From assembly GCA_035641455.1 (NCBI GenBank), contig DASQUD010000250.1, positions 17,741 through 81,740 on the forward strand: 64,000 nucleotides of DNA, written 5' to 3'. Under the pieces are notes generated by a model, which searched no databases, had not been told where the DNA came from, and saw nothing but the letters and a program-made list of their open reading frames with translations. The stretch comes from Propionibacteriaceae bacterium. Lineage in GTDB: Bacteria; Actinomycetota; Actinomycetes; Propionibacteriales; Propionibacteriaceae. The translations under genes were made by a program, and so were the position numbers. Shown in pieces: positions 60,133 to 64,000 of this stretch. Position 1 is the stretch's first letter. Every line of letters begins with the position of its first letter.

Positions 60133-61035
60133 GTGGTCTTCCCGACTGGCACTCAATACGAGATCCGATCCGGGGACTGGACAGCGGCAATCACTGAGTT
60201 GGGTGCCACCCTGCGGAGTTTGCAGATCGGCGGCCGCGACGTGGTGAACGGCTTCCCAGCCGACAAGTCCCCCAGCGGCGGCCGTGGCCAGCAGCTGCTG
60301 CCTTGGCCCAATCGGATCCGGGACGGTCGCTACGAGTTCGAGGGAAAGCAGCAGCAGCTCGCGTTGACCGAACCCGCACGCCACAACGCATCTCATGGCC
60401 TCGGTCGTTACGTGCCCTGGCGGGTGCTGAACCACGAAGACGAGACCGTCACGCTGCAGCTCGTGATCTATCCCCAACCCGGGTGGCCAGGAACGTTGCA
60501 AGCTCGGGTCACCTACCGCGTCGACGCCGGGGGATTTACCGTCGACGTTGAGGTGGTCAATCTCGGCGCCAACGCCATTCCGTTCGGTTACGGTGCTCAC
60601 CCGTACATCACCGTGGGCGAAAAGGTGGTGGACGAGGTCATCCTCGAGATACCAGCCAGCCGCTACCTGCTCGTCGACGATCGGATGCTTCCGCTAGACC
60701 TGAAGTCGGTGAACGGAACAACGTTCGACTGGCGCACGGCACACCGCATTGAGGACGCAGTTCTGGACACCGCCTTCACCGATTTGAGCCGGGAAGCCGA
60801 CGGCCGCTGGGAAGTGAGCGTCCGGCTCGGGGACCGCTGCACCTACGTCTGGGGAGACGAGCACATGCGCTGGACACAAATCTTCACCGGCGGTCCGTAT
60901 CGCAACACCTCAGTTGCGGTCGAGCCGATGACCTGTGGACCAGATGCTTTCAATCCGGGACCAACGCACGACGACCTGCTGCTGCTGCAACCCGATGAGG
61001 TTTTGCGCCTCACCTGGGGAATCGGCAGCAGATAG
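60133..61035 (+). CDS. aldose 1-epimerase family protein
   Basis: Contains [50 protein letters not shown] and AVEPMT. The start (GTG 60133) is approximate. Confidence 0.8.
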   Translation: MVFPTGTQYEIRSGDWTAAITELGATLRSLQIGGRDVVNGFPADKSPSGGRGQQLLPWPNRIRDGRYEFEGKQQQLALTEPARHNASHGLGRYVPWRVLNHEDETVTLQLVIYPQPGWPGTLQARVTYRVDAGGFTVDVEVVNLGANAIPFGYGAHPYITVGEKVVDEVILEIPASRYLLVDDRMLPLDLKSVNGTTFDWRTAHRIEDAVLDTAFTDLSREADGRWEVSVRLGDRCTYVWGDEHMRWTQIFTGGPYRNTSVAVEPMTCGPDAFNPGPTHDDLLLLQPDEVLRLTWGIGSR

Positions 61036-61130
61036 TCGCCCAAAAACGGCAGCGCGACAGCCGAACACGTAACCGAATCTCAACACTAAAGTCGCGACAT
61101 TCTCCGGCGAGGTCGTCTAGCCTCAGGCCC

Positions 61131-61916
61131 ATGGAGGATTCGGCGACCGCTGCGGCTTCGCCCGTCGCCACGCACGTCGGTGGACCATTGGTGGTGTTGA
61201 CCGACGTCGACAAGTACTTCGGTGACCTGCATGTCTTGCAGAAGATCAACATGACGATTCGCTCGGGCGAGGTCGTTGTGGTCCTCGGCCCTTCCGGCTC
61301 CGGCAAGTCCACCCTCTGCCGGGCGATCAACCGGCTCGAGACCATCCAGTCCGGAACGATCACCGTGGACGGCCAAACGCTGCCTGAGGAAGGCAAGGCG
61401 CTGGCCAGGCTTCGCGCGGACGTCGGCATGGTCTTCCAGTCCTTCAACCTGTTCGCTCACAAGACTGTCCTCGAAAATGTCACCTTGGGCCCGATCAAGG
61501 TACGCAAGATGTCCTCCGCCGCGGCGAAGAAGCGTGGCATGGAACTGCTGACGCGGGTTGGCGTCGAATCGCAAGCCGAGAAGTATCCGGCTCAGCTCTC
61601 CGGCGGTCAGCAGCAGCGGGTAGCCATTGCTCGGGCACTGGCGATGGATCCGAAGGTGATCTTGTTCGACGAGCCGACCTCGGCGCTGGACCCGGAGATG
61701 GTGAATGAGGTGCTGGACGTCATGGTCAGCCTGGCTCGTCAGGGGATGACCATGACCGTGGTGACCCACGAGATGGGGTTCGCCCGCAAGGCCGCCAACC
61801 GGGTCGTGTTTATGGACGGTGGTCAGATCGTTGAAGAAGCTGACCCCGACACGTTCTTCACCAAGGCGAAGACAGCGCGGGCCAAGGACTTCCTGAGCAA
61901 GATCTTGACGCACTAG
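61131..61916 (+). CDS. gluA: glutamate/polar amino acid ABC transporter ATP-binding protein
   Basis: Contains [36 protein letters not shown] and THEMGFA. Confidence 0.9.
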   Translation: MEDSATAAASPVATHVGGPLVVLTDVDKYFGDLHVLQKINMTIRSGEVVVVLGPSGSGKSTLCRAINRLETIQSGTITVDGQTLPEEGKALARLRADVGMVFQSFNLFAHKTVLENVTLGPIKVRKMSSAAAKKRGMELLTRVGVESQAEKYPAQLSGGQQQRVAIARALAMDPKVILFDEPTSALDPEMVNEVLDVMVSLARQGMTMTVVTHEMGFARKAANRVVFMDGGQIVEEADPDTFFTKAKTARAKDFLSKILTH

Positions 61917-61969
61917 CGATCAGACAAGAACATCAATCGGCCGCAGGGCCTGAATTTCCGGAGGAAGCA

Positions 61970-62809
61970 GTGAAAATCAGCGTGAGGATCATGGCCGGAG
62001 CGGCTGGCGCGGCGGTCGCGCTCACCATGGCGGGTTGCGGCGGCGGCGGCGGCGCCGGTGGCACAGCCGAGAGCGACAGCATCACCATCGGTATCAAGTA
62101 CGACCAGCCGGGTTTGGGTCAGAAGGAGGGAGACACCTTCAAAGGCCTTGATGTGGACGTCGCGAGGTATGTCGCGAAGGAATTGGGCTTCGAGGGCGAC
62201 AAGGTGGTCTTCAAGGAGACGCCCTCCGCCCAGCGCGAGACCGCGATTCAGGGCGGCCAGGTGGCGCTGATCTTCGCCACGTACTCGATAACCGACGCGC
62301 GAAAGGAGAAGGTTTCCTTCGCCGGTCCGTACTTCATCGCGGGCCAGGATCTGCTGGTTCGAGCGGATAACACAGACATCACGGGCCCGGACACCATGAA
62401 CGGTAAGACATTGTGTTCGGTGACCGGTTCGACGCCAGCGGAGAACATCAAGAAGAACTACGCGACGACGGTGAAGTTGTTCGAGCAGGACACCTACAGC
62501 AAGTGTGTTGAGGCGCTCAATGGCGGCAGCGTCGATGCGGTGACGACGGACAACGTCATCCTGGCCGGCTTTGCGGCGCAGCCGCAGTACAAGGGCAAGC
62601 TGAAGGTGGTCGGTAAGCCGTTCTCGACCGAGAAGTACGGCGTTGGGCTGAAGAAGGGTGACACCGAGCTGTGCGGGAAAGTCAATGCTGCCCTCGAGAA
62701 GATGGTCTCCGACGGCTCGTGGCAGAAGGCCATAGACGACAATGTCGGTCCGTCCGGTTTCAAGGTGGACACCAAGACCAACCCGCCCAAGCCTGAGCCC
62801 TGCTCATAG
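61970..62809 (+). CDS. gluB: glutamate ABC transporter substrate-binding lipoprotein
   Basis: Lipobox ALTMAGCGG, then the family-3 SBP pattern (ITIGIKYDQPGLG...FDVDVARYVAKELG...ATYSITDARKEKVSFAGPY). Confidence 0.85.
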   Translation: MKISVRIMAGAAGAAVALTMAGCGGGGGAGGTAESDSITIGIKYDQPGLGQKEGDTFKGLDVDVARYVAKELGFEGDKVVFKETPSAQRETAIQGGQVALIFATYSITDARKEKVSFAGPYFIAGQDLLVRADNTDITGPDTMNGKTLCSVTGSTPAENIKKNYATTVKLFEQDTYSKCVEALNGGSVDAVTTDNVILAGFAAQPQYKGKLKVVGKPFSTEKYGVGLKKGDTELCGKVNAALEKMVSDGSWQKAIDDNVGPSGFKVDTKTNPPKPEPCS

Positions 62810-62850
62810 CGGCCCAGGCGTCCCGTCACCCCGTTGGGAGGTGAGCGGTT

Positions 62851-63537
62851 GTGATCGACGATCTCCGTGAGCTGCTGGCGGAGTACGACATCCTGGGCGC
62901 GTTCTGGATGACTATCAAGCTCACAGTGGCCGCGGCTGTCGGCGCTCTGTTGATTGGCACCGTGGTCGCGATCATGCGGGTGTCACCGATCAAGGTGTTG
63001 CGGGCGGCGGGGACCGCCTACGTCACACTGGTTCGCAACACTCCGCTCACCTTGATCGTCTTCTTCTGCGCATTCGGGCTCTACATCACGCTGGGGTACA
63101 GGTTGGGTCCGGAGAGCTCCCCGATCGATGTACAGAACTTCCGCTGGGGAGTGCTGGGGCTCGCCGTCTACCACGCCGCCTTCGTGGCGGAGGCCCTGCG
63201 CAGCGGCGTCAACACCGTGCCTCAGGGACAGGCAGAGGCAGCTCGCGCGATTGGCCTGAATTTTGGCTCAAGCTTGACCAACGTCGTGCTCCCCCAGGCA
63301 TTTCGTGGCGCGATCGCCCCGCTGGGCAACGTACTGATCGCCCTGATCAAGAACACAACGGTTGTTGCCACTATCGGCGTGGCCGAGGCTTCTTATCTGA
63401 TGAAAGGAATGATCGAGTTCCGGGCCGATCTCATCTATGTGATCTTCGCCATCATGGCGACCGGTTTCGTGATCTTGACACTCCCGGTCGGCGTCTTGTT
63501 CACCACCCTGTCCCGGCGGCTGGCGGTGCGGCGTTGA
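62851..63537 (+). CDS. gluC: amino acid ABC transporter permease
   Basis: Contains the EAA-loop region VPQGQAEAARAIGL and multiple TM segments. Confidence 0.85.
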   Translation: MIDDLRELLAEYDILGAFWMTIKLTVAAAVGALLIGTVVAIMRVSPIKVLRAAGTAYVTLVRNTPLTLIVFFCAFGLYITLGYRLGPESSPIDVQNFRWGVLGLAVYHAAFVAEALRSGVNTVPQGQAEAARAIGLNFGSSLTNVVLPQAFRGAIAPLGNVLIALIKNTTVVATIGVAEASYLMKGMIEFRADLIYVIFAIMATGFVILTLPVGVLFTTLSRRLAVRR

Positions 63538-64000
63538 GTTCGGCGACAAGCATCCTCTTCGACGCGCCAGGGCCAAAGGCGCGGCTGCGTCACCACGTCA
63601 TGAGTGTGCTGGGCGCGTTAGGTATAGCCGCGGTACTCCTGCTGCTGATCCGTGCGTTGGCCGAGAAAGACCAGCTCACCGCCGAAAAATGGCAGCCGTT
63701 CGTCGACCCCGTCACCTGGACCTCCTACTTGCTCCCGGGACTGCGCGGCACCCTGGTCGCGGCTTTCTACTCGGTCATCCTCGCCATCATCCTCGGAACG
63801 GCGCTGGGCATGGGTCGGCTGTCCGGTCTGGCGCCGGTCCGATGGGTCTGCGGTGTGTTCGTCGAGTTTTTCCGGGCTGTGCCGGTCTTGATGATGATGC
63901 TGTTCGCCTACTACGTATTCCTCTTCGGCCTTCAGGTCACCGGTGACAACCTCTCGCTTTACGGGGTAGTGGCGGGGCTCACGTTCTACAACGCCAGCGT
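63534..64000 (+). CDS. gluD: amino acid ABC transporter permease, partial (runs off window)
   Basis: Own translation from TTG 63534, which overlaps the gluC stop: LSSATSILFDAPGPKARLRHH...GLRGTLVAAFYSVILAIILG...VFVEFFRAVPVLMMMLF. Not in the track because there is no stop in the window. Confidence 0.8.
   Translation, partial: MSSATSILFDAPGPKARLRHHVMSVLGALGIAAVLLLLIRALAEKDQLTAEKWQPFVDPVTWTSYLLPGLRGTLVAAFYSVILAIILGTALGMGRLSGLAPVRWVCGVFVEFFRAVPVLMMMLFAYYVFLFGLQVTGDNLSLYGVVAGLTFYNAS

Noticed and set aside
1-64000. CRISPR arrays, rRNA, tRNA genes
   Set aside because: I saw no regularly spaced repeats, no tRNA-like T-arm/acceptor patterns in the intergenic gaps I read, and no rRNA-like stretches. 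This should be confirmed with tRNAscan-SE, Infernal and a CRISPR finder.

Overview
This is a high-GC, actinobacterial-type chromosomal window. All calls come from reading the supplied translations and the raw sequence by eye; no searches were run.

Most of the window is conserved housekeeping in Streptomyces/Propionibacteriales-like synteny:
- A Pat-like GNAT/acyl-CoA synthetase and glpK-glpD.
- Topoisomerase IV-like parC and parE, with a beta-carbonic anhydrase after parC.
- The principal sigma factor plus a group-2 sigma.
- tesB, a PAC2 protein and hrpA.
- nrdR-nrdJ, where nrdJ is interrupted by a 357-aa LAGLIDADG intein.
- lexA with two SOS boxes, then sthA and dinG.
- hflX-SDR-dapF-miaA-miaB and gluABCD.

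The clearly non-core segment is about 14.4-22.5 kb, wedged between parE plus a small Cys protein and the 3' end of sigA. Several of its genes use visibly more A/T-ending codons, and it is gappy. It contains:
- Two convergent 4-TM SLATT/DUF4231-like predicted membrane-effector proteins whose stop codons overlap. No recognisable sensor or nucleotide-signalling partner is nearby.
- A chimeric, repeat-rich membrane protein with a Lon N-domain-like helix.
- A GT2 glycosyltransferase, a CHRD protein and a SnoaL-like protein.
- Several startless or frameshifted gene remnants, one resembling an integrative-element replication initiator.

The SLATT-like pair and its neighbours are my best candidate for an undescribed system. 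I recognised no rRNA, tRNA or CRISPR array.
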